From the human T2T-CHM13v2.0 reference genome, Homo sapiens: a stretch of 64,000 bases of DNA. The notes under the pieces were generated by a model. It did not search any database, was not told where the DNA came from, and saw nothing but the letters and a program-made list of their open reading frames with translations. Both the position numbers and the translations under genes were made by a program. Where the stretch lies: NCBI RefSeq assembly GCF_009914755.1, contig NC_060933.1, one strand, 5' to 3'. Within the stretch, counting starts at the first letter, position 1. Every line of letters begins with the position of its first letter. Below, piece after piece: positions 43,996 to 59,899 of the stretch.

Positions 43996-46900
43996 CAATA
44001 GCTTTTGGGGAACAAGTGGTTTTTGGTTACAGAGTGGTAAAGTCTGAGATTTTGGTGCCCTTGTCACCCAAGTAGTGTACATTGTACCCAATATGTAGTG
44101 TTTTATCCCTCACCCACCTCCTACTCTCCCCATTAGTGGTCTCCAATGTCCATTATACCACTCTGTATGCATACCCATGGCTTAGCTACCACTTAAAAGT
44201 GAGAATATATGATATTTGGTTTTCCATTCCTGAGTTACTTCACTTAGAATAATGGCCTCCAGCTCCAGTTGGAGTTGCTGCAAATGACATTATTTCATTC
44301 TTTTTAGGGCTGAGTAGTATGTCATGGTGTATGTTTACCACATTTCTTTATCCACTCATTGGTTGAGGAGCACTTAGGTTGGTTCTGTATCTTTGTAATT
44401 GTGAATTGTACTGCAATAAACATATACATGCAGATGTATTTTTGATACAATGACTTTTTTTAATTTGAGTAGTTAACCAGTAGTGGGATTGATGGACTGA
44501 ATGCTAGATCTACTTTTAGTTATTTCAAAAATCTCCATAATGCTTTACATAAAGGAGGTACTAATTTACATTCCCACCAGCAATGTATAAGCATGCCCTT
44601 TTCACCACATTCATGCCAAAATCTGTTTCTTTGTTTTTTTTGACTTTTTAATAATGGCTATTATGCTGGGAAAAGATGGTATCTCACTGTGGTTTTAATT
44701 TGCATTTCTTTGATGATTAGTGACATTGAGAATTTTTTATATGTTTGTTGGTCATTTGTATATCTTCTTTTGAGAAATGTCTATTCATGTAATTTTTTTT
44801 CACTTTCTGTTGGGATTATTTTTTCTTGCTGATTTGTTTTCCTTGTTAATTCTAGATATTAATTATTTGCTAGATGCATACTTTGTAAACATTTTCTTCT
44901 ATTCTCTGAGTTATCTGTTTACTGTGATGACTATTTCTTTTGCTGTGAAGGTTTTTAGTTTACTTATGTCCTTTTTATTTATTTTTGTTTTTGTTGCATT
45001 TACTTTTGGAGTCTTAGTCATAAAGTTTTGGCTTAGGTAAATATCCAGATGTGTTTTTCTTAGTTTTTTTCCAGAATTTTTATGGTTTTGGGTTTTATAT
45101 TTAAGTCTGATCCATCTTCTAATTTTTGTAGATGGTGAGAAAGAGTGATCCAGTTTCATTCTTCTACATGTGGCTGTCTTGTTTTCCCTGCATCATTTAT
45201 TGAATAGGGTGTCCTTTCCTATTTATGTTTTTGAATGCTTTGTGGAGGATCAGTTGGTTGTATACATTTGGCTTTATTTCTGGTTTCTCTATTCCTTTCC
45301 TTTGGTTTATTTATCTACCTTTATACCAGTACCATGCATGCTGTTTTGATTACTAAAACCTTGTATTATAACTTGAAGTCTCTTAAAACTATGCCTCCGG
45401 ATTTGTTCTTTTTGCTCAGAGTTGCTTTTTTAATTCAAGCTTATTTCTGGTTTCATAAGAATTTAGAATTGCTTTCTCTAATTCTATGAAAAATGATGTC
45501 AGTATTTTGATAGGAAGTGCATTGAATCTGTAGATTGCTTTTAGCAGTAAGGTCATTTTCACAAATATGATTCTTCCTATCCATGAGCATGGGATGTATT
45601 TCCATTTGTTTATATCATCTCTAATTTATTTCAGCAGTTTTTGTAGCTCTCCTTATGGAGATCTTTCACTTATTTGGTTAAGTGTATTTCAATTTTTTTT
45701 CTGCTGCTATTGTAAAAGAAATTGAGTTCTTGATTTGATTCTCAGCTTGATCATTGTTGGTGCTATGCAGTAGTACTAATTTGTGTACATTCATTTTGTA
45801 ACCTAAGATTTTATGAATTCATTCATCAAATAGAAGAGTCTTTTGGTGGAATTCTTAGGTTTATCTAAGTATATGCTTAAATCATCAGCAAACAGAGATA
45901 ATTTGTCTTCCTCTTTTCCAGCTTGGATGCCCTTTATTTCTTCCTCTTGCTTGATTGCTCTGGGTAGGACTTCCAGTACTATGTTAAGTAGAAGTGGTGA
46001 AAATGGGCATCCTTAACTTGTTCTAGCCCTCAGTGGGAAGACTTTCAACTTTTCCCCATTCAATATGATGTTGGCCATGGGTTTGTCATATATAGCTTTT
46101 ATTATTTTGAGATATGTTTATTCTATGTCTAGTTTGTTTAGGGTTTTTATCATAAAGCAATGCTGGATTTTACTGAATGTTTTTATGCATCTATTGAGAT
46201 GATCATACGTATTTGGTTTTTAATTCTGTTTATAAAATACATCACATTTATTACCTTGCGTATGTTGAGTCATCCTTGCCTCCCTGGGATGAGACTCACT
46301 TGATTATAGTGAATTGTCTTTTTGATATGTTTTTGGATTTGATTTGCCAGTATCTGTTAAGAATTTTTGCGTATGTCTTTATCAGAGATGTTCATTTGTA
46401 GTTTTCTTTTTTTATGATATGCCTTTTTCTGGTTTTGGTATCAGGGTGATACTGGCTTCATAGAATGAGTTAAGGAGGATTCCCTTTTTCTCAGTCTTTT
46501 AGAGTAGTTTCAGTAGGCTTGGTACCAGTTCTTCTTTGAATGTCTGATAGAATTTGGCTGTGATCTGTCTGGGTTTTTTAGTCGGCATTTTTTTTTTCTT
46601 ACTTATACAATCTCACTGCTTGTTATTGGTCTGTAAGGATACCTATTTCTTCCTGGTTTAAGCTGGTAGGGTTGTATGTTTCCCGGAATCTATCTATTTT
46701 CTTTACTTTTATTTTTATGTGCATAGAGGTTACATAGTAGTCTCAAATGATCTTTTATATTTCTGTGATATTGGTTAAAATGTTTCCATTTTCATTTCTA
46801 ATTGAGCTAATTTAAACTTCTATCTTCTTAATTGTTCTAACTAATGTTCTAACTAATTGTTAGAACAATTGTTAATCGTTCTAATTGTTAGAACAATTGT

Positions 46901-49900
46901 TAATCGTTCTAACAATCTTAATTCTTCTAACTAATGATCTATTTTATTTCTATTTTCAAATAACCAAATTTTGTTTCATTAAACTTTTGTATTTTTATTT
47001 CAATTTCATTTAGTTCTGCTTTAATCTTTCTTTTCTTCTCCTGGCTTTAAGTTTGATTTGTTGTTTCTATAGTTTCTTGAGGTATGACATTATGTTGCGA
47101 ATTTGTAATCTTTCAGACTTTTTTACGTAGGTGTTCAGTGCTAGAAACTTTCCTTTTAGCATTGCTTTTGCTATGTCCCAGAGGTTTTGATAACTTGTGT
47201 CACTATAATCATCCATTTAAAGAATTTTTTAATTTCTTTCTTCATTTCATTGTTAACCCAGTAATCATTAAGAAGCAGATTGTTCAATTTCCAGGTAATT
47301 GTATAGTTTTAAGGGTTCCTTTTGGAGCTCATTTCTAGTTTTATTTCACTGTGACCTGAGAAGGTACTTTATATAATTTTGACTTTTTAAAATTTATTGA
47401 GATTTGTTTTTGTGGCCTATCCTATGGTCTGTCTTGGAGGCTGTTCTATGTGTTGATGAGAAGAATGTGAATTCTGCGGTTTTTGGGTACAATGTTCTGT
47501 AAACATCTGTTAGGTCCATTTCTTCTGGACTGCAACTTAAGTCCAGTGTTTTTTTGTTTTTGTTGTTGTTGACTTCCTGCTTCAGTGATCTGTCTAGTGC
47601 TGTCAGTGGAGTGTTAGAGTTCCTCACTATTATTGTGTTGCTGTCTATTCCTTTTCTTAGGTCTAGTAGTAATTGTTTTATAAATGTAGGAGCTCCAGTG
47701 TTATGTGCATACTTATGTAGAATTATTATATTTTGTTGAATTAATTATTTAATTATTATGTAATGACTTTCTTTGGTTTTTTTTTTTACTATTGTTGCTT
47801 TAAAGTCTACTTTATCTGATATAACTACACCTGCTTGCTTTTGGTTTCCATTTGCATTGAATATCCTTCTCCACCCCCTTACCTTGAGTCTATGAGAATC
47901 TTTGTATGTTAGGTTCTGATGCAGCTCAACATTTTGTTTCAAGATTTAGCATTTCTTGTAGGACTGGTCTGATAGGGACAGATTCCCTCAGCATTTGCTT
48001 GTCTGAGGAAGACATTATTTCTCTTTCATTTATGAGACTCAGTTTTGCTGGATACAAAATTTTTGACTAATAGTTATTTTGTCTAAGGATATTAAAGATA
48101 AGCCTAAAGATACAGTGAACTTCTGGCCTGTAAGATTTCTGCTGAGAAGTCTGCTGTTAGTCTAATAGGTTTTCCTTTATAGGTTACTTGTTGCTTTTGT
48201 CTCACTGTTCTTAGAATTCATTTCTTCATGTTGACTTTAGATAGCTTGATTACTATATGGCTTTGTAATGTCAGTTTTGCAGTGAACCTCCCCAGAGCTC
48301 ATTGAGTTTCTTGTATTTGGACATCTAAATATCTAGCAAGGCTAGCAAAGTTTTCTTCAATTATGCCCTCAAATAAGTATTCAAAAAGTTTTGCTGTTTC
48401 TTCTCCCTCAGGAACAGCAATTGCTATATTTGGCCATTTTACATAGTCACCTATTTCTAAGAGACTTTGCTTATTTCTTTGAATTATTTTTCTGGCATTT
48501 CAAAGATTTCATCTTGGTTGGGATCCATTGCTGGGGACTTAGTGTGTTCTTTTTGAGGTGTTATAGAACCCTATTTTGTCCTATTGCCAGAATTATTTTT
48601 CTGGTTTCTTCTCATTTGGATAGAGTATATCTTCTAATTACTTTTGAGACTATATCTTCTAATTATTTTTGAATTTATTTTTTGATTTGACTGTGATTTT
48701 TCACTTTTTTTTTTTTCACTTTGAGGATGTGACTTTAATGTTTATAGTTTATTGTAACCTAATTCAGCTCTGGGTGCTTTCAGGGGTGAAGACTGTATAA
48801 GTTCCCTGGTTATTTAAAATCTTTGTATGTTGGCTTTCTCAGATGCTAGTTGTGGTAACATTATGCTCAGTGTGTGTGTGGAGGTTCACTGTTTCCTGTG
48901 GGGTAGCAATGGCAGAGGTCTCATGAAGCTTATCTAGTTCCCAAGTGGTGTGCACGTTTTTGCCTTTTTTTTTCTCCCAGTGTTTTCTTTACCTGGTTGA
49001 ATAATTCAGATTTCAGGCCAGTAGGGGAGGTGTCCCTGAGTGAAAACCAGCAGATTGGTAAATGCAATACCCAATGGTGGGAAGAAGCCCAAGCCTTGAC
49101 CGAGGCATCTGTGGGAGCTCTTAGTGAAATGCACTGAGGTCTTTTCACGGGGAAGGGAGGGAGCCACTTCAGCTCCCTTGCCAGGCCCCCAGGAAAGCAG
49201 GTCACACTCCTAAATACAGTTCTAGCTATTCAGATTAGCAGGCCCTTTTTATTTGCAGGAATTCTCACGTTCCAAGTAGAGAGAGATTGTGATTCTATGC
49301 CTTATGCAAATCTGAATCTGGAGGGGACTCCTCCTCTGGGGACGCAGGTAACTTGAAGTGTTCCAGAAAGGCTATCTACAGGTCCACTCATGCTAAATTC
49401 CCATAAGAGAAGCACCAGCTGTGTCTGCAGTGGTGAATGAGGGGGGAAAGTCTTTTTCTTCAAGACCGTTCTGTAGATTTTCCCAAGTCCAGCACTGTAC
49501 CTGTGCCTCTACTGAAAGAAACTTTCCACAGGTGGGAAGTTCTGGACTCAAGTCCTGCCATCTAGATTCTTTTTTCCATGGGGTGTGCCACTGATGTGCA
49601 CTCCCCCTTATCCTAAGAGTAGGAGTCCCTGAGGGCCAGACTAGTATGAATGCTGCTACTTCTCTGGTTCTAGCCACCTAGTGGGACTGCCACACTCCAG
49701 GTTGGTGCTGGGGAATGTCTACAAGGGGTCCAGTGATGTGACCTGTTCTCAAGACTCCGTAATGAGTAGCAACAACAGCTCTCATGGGGGTGACAGGAGA
49801 ATGACATAGACTCTGTGAGATTTCTTGATTATAAGTAGCCTTGGTGCATTGGTTTTTCTGTAATGCCACCTGTAGTAGTAATGAACTGGTCGCATGGACA

Positions 49901-51166
49901 GACTCAGGACCTCCTAGTTAGCCAAGGTTATATAGGCAAAGGTGATAGCTTAGGTCACACACAAGTTTTCTCTTTCCTGTGCACTGTTAGTGTGCCTGCA
50001 GATGCTGTAATGGATTGTGTCAGTAGGCCTCCAGCCACAAGGTGGCACTTGAAAAAGAGCACCAGCTGGTAGCAGTGGGATTTGTGCTTGCCTTATGTTA
50101 CGCAGGGGAGGTAAGCTGATGACTCAGGCAATGGGCAGGGCCATTGAGCTCTCAAAATTTTCTATTCTTTGTGTTAAGCTACCAGGGCAGATGGAGGGGC
50201 AAAGCCAGCTGGGGGCTGAATCAGGCAAGTTCACATTCTAGCTCTCTTTTGTCTGCCATGTGTGGGCAAAAGCACTGTCCCCAGTGGGGATCAGATAGTG
50301 GTCCTCTGGCTGTAGGAGTAATGTTGCAGGGAGTACCACAGCTGCCTCTGCTGCAGAGAAGCATCTGTATGAGGATTAGGGAGCAGCAGGCAGCAGTTAG
50401 CCCCACTCAGCTCCCACACACTTGGCAAAGCAGGTCTTGCACCTGCAGTGTCCCACTCGCAGCAGCTTGGTTCCAAGCAGTCAACACTCAGAACTCAACA
50501 CTGCCCAAGGCCATAAGACTTCCCAGAAGAGACTGCAACCATGGCTTCCAGGTCACGCCTCTCCTAGTTGGCCCATGAAGCAGGGGCACCCAGCTCTTGC
50601 ACCTATGGCTGCAGCACATTTCCCATCTGCCCCATGGTTCTGACCAAGGGGGTTTGTCTCCACTCGAGATTATATCATGAATCTCAGTTGAGAGCTTCTC
50701 TCAACCTGTGACCACTGCCTGAGTTACCTGGCTGACTTCTGTGAGGTCCCCTGTGAGATAGGATCAGGGATGGCTTTCCTCTGTCCTGCTGGGTATGCAC
50801 ACTAAGCCCGTCCCCATGCTGCTACTTCTCATATATGCCCCACTGCTCACTAAATCAGCTCCAGCGCTGGGTGGGATTAAGGCCTTTCCCTGTGGCCTGG
50901 ATTGCTTGGTTCCCCAGTAGGAGTATATGTCCTAGAGGCAGTTTATCCCTATCTGACATTCTAGGGACTTAAAGTTTTCCTCCTGGCTCATGATTTTAGA
51001 CAGCAACCTGACACTTCTTTCAAAAAGTCTGTGCTTTCTTTCAGTTTTCCTGTTAATTTTCTGTGTTGCTTCTTGGAAAAAATTTACAGTGTGAATCTCC
51101 ACACACAATTCTGTCTTTCCAAATAGGAGAGGCATGCTAACAATGACTCTAATCTGCCATTTTGAG
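43996..51166 (-). mobile_element. Near-full-length L1PB (L1PB2-like 3' end, long L1PB-type 5'UTR), ORFs destroyed
   Basis: L1PB2-type 3'UTR caatagcttttggggaacaagtggtttttggttaca. ORF2 remnants include HLALVSNT-adjacent EN pieces (TPLTALDRS; TYKDSHRLKVRGW). The 5' end is ctgccattttg (YY1-like aaaatggc). Candidate TSD aaaaaaaat(c/a)ctgga at 43937-51 and 51168-82. Confidence 0.9.
46826..46936. repeat. Complex direct and inverted micro-duplication inside the L1PB
   Basis: 21-bp direct repeat (46826-46, 46916-36) around two 28-bp units that contain the reverse complement of the flank. Confidence 0.9.
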
Positions 51167-53929
51167 AAAAAAAAATACTGGAGGTCTTTATTATTTTTTT
51201 AATACTATAGCCCATTCTGAGTTTTCATTACAACCTCCACTCTAGTATTGTATCTACTTTTCACAAACCCCTATCTTTGGTAGCTGGATTTAATTCATTA
51301 ATTTTAAAATTTTGATAAAAATTATGACATAATTATATTATTATGTATTTTCATTTGATTATCTAGGTTTATGAAACTGACTAAACTAATAATTATTTGA
51401 TAATATGATTATATTCTGCCAATTCATTCTACGTGTTCCTTGGATATGTTAATAAACAATAGAAACAAGTCCAACTAAAAGACATCACTTATTCTGACTC
51501 TTGTTTTGAAAAATAAAACCTGACAAATCAAATAAAAGTAAATGAATTATTATTCAGACATCCACTTATGGTTTGGGTATATATTTTGACAGTCCATGAG
51601 AAAAATTCCTCCAAGGGTCTTCACCTCCAGACATAAAATCACTTTGTTGCTTTTCTAAAAGCTATTTTTAAAAACACCAACATCTTTTTAAATTCTCCCA
51701 TCTATAAGTTGGCAAAAATATCTGTTGAGGTTTGTAAGCAACATTAACATTTTAAATAATAAATGTAATATTTAGGGGCAATTTAATTTAGTGACTCAAG
51801 GCATCTAATATTTGGTATCAGTATACGAATATTAAGAAACATTTAGCCCTTTTATTTATAGTATTTTTTATAGTAAAACAATTTCTACTTTCTATTATGC
51901 TTCTTGTTCTGTGATAGTTTACTATTTCTGAAACTTTATTTTTTACAAAATTTCAAGTTGAGTCTAAAAAAATTATATTTTGTTGTTTTGAAAAATATGT
52001 AACCTAAAACTGTACATGCTAACAGTTGAGTTTTATCAGTGTTATTTTTACTAAACCTAATCACTATAAAATAGCTATATCTTGTGTATGTTAAAAATGT
52101 GAAATAAGATGAGAATGTATTTGCTATTCTATTAATTAAATTATATGAATTAGTAGCAACTATTAAGATGCTTTGAATATTCCCTTAGGTGGATGAGAAC
52201 ATGTGAGCAAGTACTAGCACAGTGGTAGATGCTTTGTAAATTGCTCTTACTTTCCTAATGATTGACAGGCTAATAGCTAAATAACTAAGATAATATAAGC
52301 ACTTTCTTAGAATTTAGAGATCCACTTAAAAGACAGGTTTTCATTAGGAATTTCTGTACTTTATTTCACATTTCCATAAAAAAATTCCTCATTGCAAGAA
52401 CCACTGCACCTATTATATGAAAAAACTCAAGAGAAAACAATCAGGTGACCATTACCTCTAAAACATCTGATTTGATTCAGTTATCCTATAGGAATCAAGT
52501 ATCAGGCTTTACAAGATCCTCTTTTTTCAATGTTGTTTTACTGCCTAAAACAATGTTTAAGATGACTAATTCACGTTTCTTTTTGTGACTTATTTTTACT
52601 TGATCTAATTTCTAAAGTGATCTTTATGAGGTGTCTTGCCTAAAAATTTGCCTATACTTATAAATGCATTTTCACTTACTACAATCTCATTTTTTACTGT
52701 ACTGTAGATGTACAGTTAGTTGAATGCATACATAATACTTTTGAGAATATATGAGGTTTTACATAAGAAGAATCATATTGAAGTGGTTATCTAGCATATC
52801 TAAAGAGGAAACAACAGAGAAGCAAGCTGGAAACAATATGTAGACATCAGTAATTATTTTAATTTCACAAGACAAACATTTATCAATCCTGTATTCAAAA
52901 CCTACATATATGCTACTTAGGATGCAGAAATAGCTATGTACATTCATTGCCACCAAGGCATTTATGATCCAATTGAAGGGCAAATACAAACACAATGAAG
53001 TTTCTTTGTGTAGCAATTACACAAATAAAACTTCATAAGCTTGTCAAGAAAAGCAAGAACGAAGAAAGGAAAGAAAGAAGGAAGAAAAACAAATGGCAAA
53101 ACAGAGCAATATTTAAATGTGGTTATGATTCAGCCAACCATTACATTTAATGATAATGTGCCTGTTTGGGAAAGAAAATAGAAGAATTAACTGAATGCCA
53201 AGGGGAGGGGGAAGGAACAAATGAAAAAATCAAAACAAAATAAAACTGTGAAAGATAATTAATGGGAATAGAAAAAATTATGTACAAAAAGCATTTTATT
53301 TGGAGAGTAATTTAGATCTTTAGGAATATATTGGCTATATTCAAGTTCCTATACTTAAGTGCTATACAATAATAATTAAAGGTACCAGATTTAGTAAAGG
53401 GATTTTGCACCATGAACTTTTTTTTCCTGTAAAGATACAAATATATCTCCTTAGTAGAACAGATAACCTCACAGATTTATGACACTGTTATATATCAATC
53501 TATATTTATTTATTTAACCAAGCAATCTTAATGTTATTTTGCTAAATTGCTTCTAAATGTCCCAGTTTCTCAGATTCCCTTTGTGTCATTTAAAACATCT
53601 ATTTGTTATTTATTAATTCAAGTTAATATCTTTAAAACCTATTCATTTTATATTTGTCTGAGAGCTATGATTTTAAGCTTCTAAAGATTATATTTTAATA
53701 GAAATCAGGGACTAGTTACCTTTAATCTGGGGGAGATACTACATATTTTAAAGCCTGAAGTCAATGTCTAGACAAAAGTTTCTGCTTAACATCAAAGGGT
53801 ATGCAACATTGGCTGTGGCTCTCAAATATTAAGAAAGGAAAACACAACTGGGAATTTGTCACTAGCACTTTATTCTTTACTCAGGATTGAAGTAGAATTT
53901 TTTAACGCCAATATTTTTCAGAAACTTTA

Positions 53930-55195
<1,266 letters not shown>

Positions 55196-55289
55196 AATGT
55201 GAGGCCAGGAGTCCAGTCCAACCTGGGTAACAAAGTGAGGCATGAGTTACAATTAAAATACTAGAAAAGTATTGACCATTTCAATTAAA

Positions 55290-56682
55290 TGTTCCTTTCA
55301 AATCACTGATTATTTTCATGTTCCAAAATTTAAAGGTTAATTTTTTATTCTCATTTTATTGATCTATCAGTAGTCTCTTTTTCTTTAATTAAAAAACAAA
55401 CAAACAAAAACACATAAACAAACAAACAAAAAAACCCAGCTTTTTTTCTTTGGCTTCCAGAACACGTCCTCTTGGCTTTCTTCTTATGTCTTTGTATGCT
55501 ATTTCTTAGTCTTTGGAACACTTCTGTGTCCACCCCCACTCCCTTGATGAGTTCTCACAGAGCCATGGTTTACAATATTGTTTATGCTAAGAACTTGCAA
55601 ATTTGTACCTCTACCTCTTACTTCTCTTCTAAATGCCAGGCTCTTACATCCAACTTCTTATGCTGTCTTCTTTTGAGAAGCTAATAAACATCTCAACTTT
55701 GAAATGCACATTCTCACCTACGACCATTTGTCTCAAAGCAAAAATCTTAGAGTCAATCCTACTTATTTTCTTTGTCAAGAATTGCACATCCCACCTTTCA
55801 GTGAGTCTTGCTGCTTGCTCTACATTCAGAATCTATCCAAAGTTAGTCACTCTCTTAGTCTCTCCCAGAAACAGATCCCAGTAAAAACATTCAATCAGAA
55901 GTAATTTGGGATGTAGAGAAAAACTGTATTCTTTTTCTTCCCTCAGCCTTTTGATGTGTTTATTTCAATGCTATTTTTACAATGTTTCTTACTGAATACA
56001 TTAATTAAAATTGTAATCTGCCACTATTACTGTGTATCCTGCCTTGCTTTATTTTCTTCACAAAATATATAACTTTTCAACACCTGTCTATATTTTATTT
56101 CTTTTGTGTCATCCTATATCTGACTGTAATCTTTACAAAGGCAAGGATTTTTTTCTTTAATATCCTAAATGTAGATGTTTGTCTCTAGTAGATTCAATGG
56201 TGCCTCCCAAAATATGATAAATATGCACATATCTTTCCATATGCTAGCCCACAGAAACTGTAGATGTGACCTAATTTTTTTGTATATATTAATAAGGATC
56301 TTGAGATGACGTCATACTGGATGATCCTAGTGCACCCTAAATCCAATAAGTGTTCTTATGAAAGACAGAAGAGGAGAAGATACAGGAAATAGAAGAAGGC
56401 TACTTGAGGATGGAAGCAGAGCTTGGAGTTATGCAGCTACAAACCAAAGAATGCCTTGAGCCACCAGCAGCTGAAAGAGGTAAAGTAGGATCCACCCATA
56501 AACACTTGAGAAGGAAAGTGGGCCTATCTATACCTTGATTTCAGATTTCTGCCCTACAGAACTGTAAGAGAATATATTTCTTTTGCTTTAAATGTTTAGG
56601 TTTGTGGTAATTTGTTATAACAGATCCAGCAAACTCATATACTAGCACTGAGCAGATATTCAATAAGAATTGATTATGAATT
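55290..56682 (+). mobile_element. L2a fragment (RT region to 3' tail) split by MLT1C
   Basis: ccatggtttacaatattgtttatgctaagaac (degenerate YADD region), catctcaacttt, tail gcagatattcaataagaattg. Confidence 0.65.
56183..56641 (+). mobile_element. MLT1C MaLR solo LTR
   Basis: aaggatcttgagatga...ccctaaatccaat...gatggaagcagagcttggagttatgcagctacaaaccaaagaatgcc...tttgtggtaatttgttata. Confidence 0.88.
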
Positions 56683-56719
56683 ATAGTCATTAAGATAGTG
56701 CGGCATTGACTCAGAGATG

Positions 56720-57640
56720 AACAATTTGTTCACTGGACTATAGCAGAAAATTCAAAAATTCATGGTAGACTTTCGATATTTTACATATGAATTGTCGTAT
56801 CACCCAGAAAAATGAATAACTATTCATAAAATAGCAGTGATACATTTGATTAACATATAGAAAAATTGTAAATTGTATTCTATCATCACATTAACTTCAA
56901 ATGTGAAAGACATCTTGTATCACTTTTAAAGAAAATATAAAATATATTTTATTTAGTAAAATTGAATTTGTAGAATGATGACTTTTTTTTTACTTTACTG
57001 CTTAATACTTGAGAAATTCTCCTCTTTGATGAGGCTATTAGAAAACAGGAACTCTAACAATTATATAGTGGGAAGATAAATTCATACAACGACTTTGGAA
57101 AGCTACTTGACAATGTAAGGATGAAAGTGCCCAAAGTTGTAAAATTTCCCTGCTCTATGTGTATCCTATGAAAATTCTAATATATATAAACAACAAAACA
57201 ATAAATATTTATTGTAGCTTTGTTTTTAACATTTACAATGGTAAATATAAAAATGCCAATATTTCCTGATATGAAAATTGATAGCTTTATATTATATATA
57301 TAATGAAATCCCATATAGAAATTAAACAAAAACAGATACCCAAGTATCAGCTGGAATGGTTCTCAAAAATATCATAGTGAGATTATAAAGCATGTGTTGA
57401 AATAATACAGAGAAAACAATAACATCTTATTTAAATTTGAAGATACAAACACTACTGTATGCTGTGTAAAATATTCTATACACAGACCTGTACTCAAAAA
57501 TAGAGAAATATACAAGGGGATGCTAAACAATTTTAGCCTGTAGTTATCCCTTGTAGAATTTCTTATAATCTTGTTTCTGGTTATGTTGCTGTATCAATTA
57601 TTTTTCAGTTTTGGGTATGTGTGAAATATTTCATAAAAGG
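56720..57640 (+). mobile_element. Degraded L1ME 3' region
   Basis: gtgggaagataaattcatacaacgactttggaaagc; aatatttattgtagctttgttt; atgtgtgaaatatttcataa. Confidence 0.55.
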
Positions 57641-59281
57641 AAGTTGGACGTTTTAATAATACATTGACTTTAAGAGGAGGAAGAATAGGTGATTGGGGTA
57701 TTTTGTTATATACCAACACATGACTGAAATAATCATCTATTCTAATTCTGTTCAGTTCAGTGGAAAGTCTTTGAAGCTTTTTTAACAGAGTTGCAGTTTG
57801 TCATATCTTTGAGAACATTGTGTTAGATTAAGTGGAACAGGAATGCTTAGAGGGAAGGAGATTAAAATAATGTGTTGTATGGATATTTGAGGTGACATAC
57901 AATAGAACTGGAAAATAAAGAAACTTCATGAAAAATAGTATAAAAAGAGACATAAATGACTTACCAATTGACTGCTGTGTTTGATAGATGGGAATTGTAG
58001 TCGTAACATTGGATGAAATAGGAAAGACAGACTAGTAGAGCTCTTTGGAGGCAAATTCTATAAGTTCTTTTTACATTTTGAGTGGAAGTTTTCACTTTTA
58101 AATGAAATGCATATGGATAAAAAATAAAGGTAAATATAGTTATTATGAAATTGTCAACATAAAATGAGAGTTGATGCATAAAAATGAATAGACTGGAAAA
58201 AGGGAACTTTTTAAATATAAAAAAATTGCCTCTTTTCTGACAGTATTCTTTCTTCTTAAACTTCATGAGTATTCCTGGACATTAAAGTGAAAAAAAACTA
58301 TCATAAAACTATGACTCTATCATACTGTAACATTTCAGGGCCCACATTATTATACCTCCTCTCTCCATCTTGCATGACTGTTTAAAATGGTTCTGTTTGA
58401 TACACTGACACTCAATTTCTTTTTATATGGAATGTAATTTGGGAGATTCTCTAAACAATCTGTATAATGGCAGACATGGAGTACAACTGAAATTAGAAAT
58501 ATTCTGTTGTAGTTTCCATTCTTTCTTAAAGGTTTTAACATTTTGTTATGAACATGACAAGCCTTATTTTTTTTTCCACACATAGAAGGAACACGATATA
58601 AATAGAACAAAACACTGTGAAATACTGCAAATGTAGAATAATTATTTGATCTCATGCACACACCTCGGTAATTTAAATTAAATTCTATAAGTAAATGACT
58701 AAATATTTTAAAATTAACTACTTTAAATTAAGATGTATTTAGAAATAATTTTAATGTTATTGAAATTTTTTTAAAAACCTATTGTAATATAAGAAATCAT
58801 GATATAATGCAAATACTACATATTTTCAGAAAATTTGGTAATGAATATCATCTCCCAAAAAACCATCTTAGTCATCGCATAAAATTCTACAAATGATATC
58901 TGATTTTAATTTAGAGGAAAGTACATGAACTGAAAGTCCCAACTGAATAAATGCTTAAAAAAGGATGATTTAAAAAAATTTAAAGGTAACATTTATTAAT
59001 TAAAATAATTCTGATAGAAAATCCTAACAATGTACATTATTGTCTAGATTTATAATTCCGTAAATTAAATATACATCCCCCTGCAAGTGGCAATACTTCA
59101 AAAATTAATTCTAGTTTACAATTTAGTATAAAATAATGTATTAGAAGTGTCCCTGAAAGATGGAGTTTAATGGAGAAAAATGAGGAATATTATGAGTATC
59201 AGGACATGGAGAAGAGTAAAAAGTCAATATTGTGGGACAAATTAAATGACATAAAAAATCACCTTTTTTCATTTGATATAA

Positions 59282-59866
59282 TGTAATGGTTATAAAATAT
59301 CTCCTCAGAGTTCTTCAACTGTCATTTCATTGAGATGTGGGGACTGGGGTCTCTGACCTTGAATCTGGGAGGACTTTTAACTTCTTTGACTAAGAGAATA
59401 CAAAAAAAAGCAATGCTGTGTAACTTTTGAGATCTGGCCTAAATCGACAATCTGACTTCTGCTCACTTTTTTTCAGAATCCTCCGTCTCAGGAGGGCCCC
59501 AGTATTGCCAGGCTGGGAGAAACCCAAACCATGAGGATAGACCACGAATAGGAGTTCTGGTTGACAATCCCAGTTCATTCCTAGCTTCAAATACACAAGG
59601 CCAAGTGCCAGATATGGGCATAAAAAGCAATTTTGGAAGTGGACACTCCAGTCCCAGCTGTCCTAGCCCTCAGCTATTTGAGTTGCATCCAGACATGTAA
59701 ATCTTCCCAGCTGAGGCCTCATCATTGAGGTGCAGAAAAGGGGCATGCCCACTGTGCCTGTTTCTAAATTCCTGACCCACAGAACCTGTGAGCATAATAC
59801 AAGTTTACTATTTTATACCAGTAAGTTTGGGGTATAGTATTATGCAACAATACAACCTGATATACA
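59282..59866 (+). mobile_element. MLT1G-like MaLR solo LTR
   Basis: cttcccagctgaggcc...ctgtgcctgtttctaaattcctgacccacagaacctgtgagcataat...taagtttggggt. Confidence 0.8.
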
Positions 59867-59899
59867 AAAAATCTCTTCTTTGTTACATAAACTCTATAT

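Noticed and set aside
50144-50643. 144-aa and overlapping ORFs in GC-richer sequence
   Set aside because: They lie within the L1PB 5'UTR, where low stop-codon density is compositional; no known domain.
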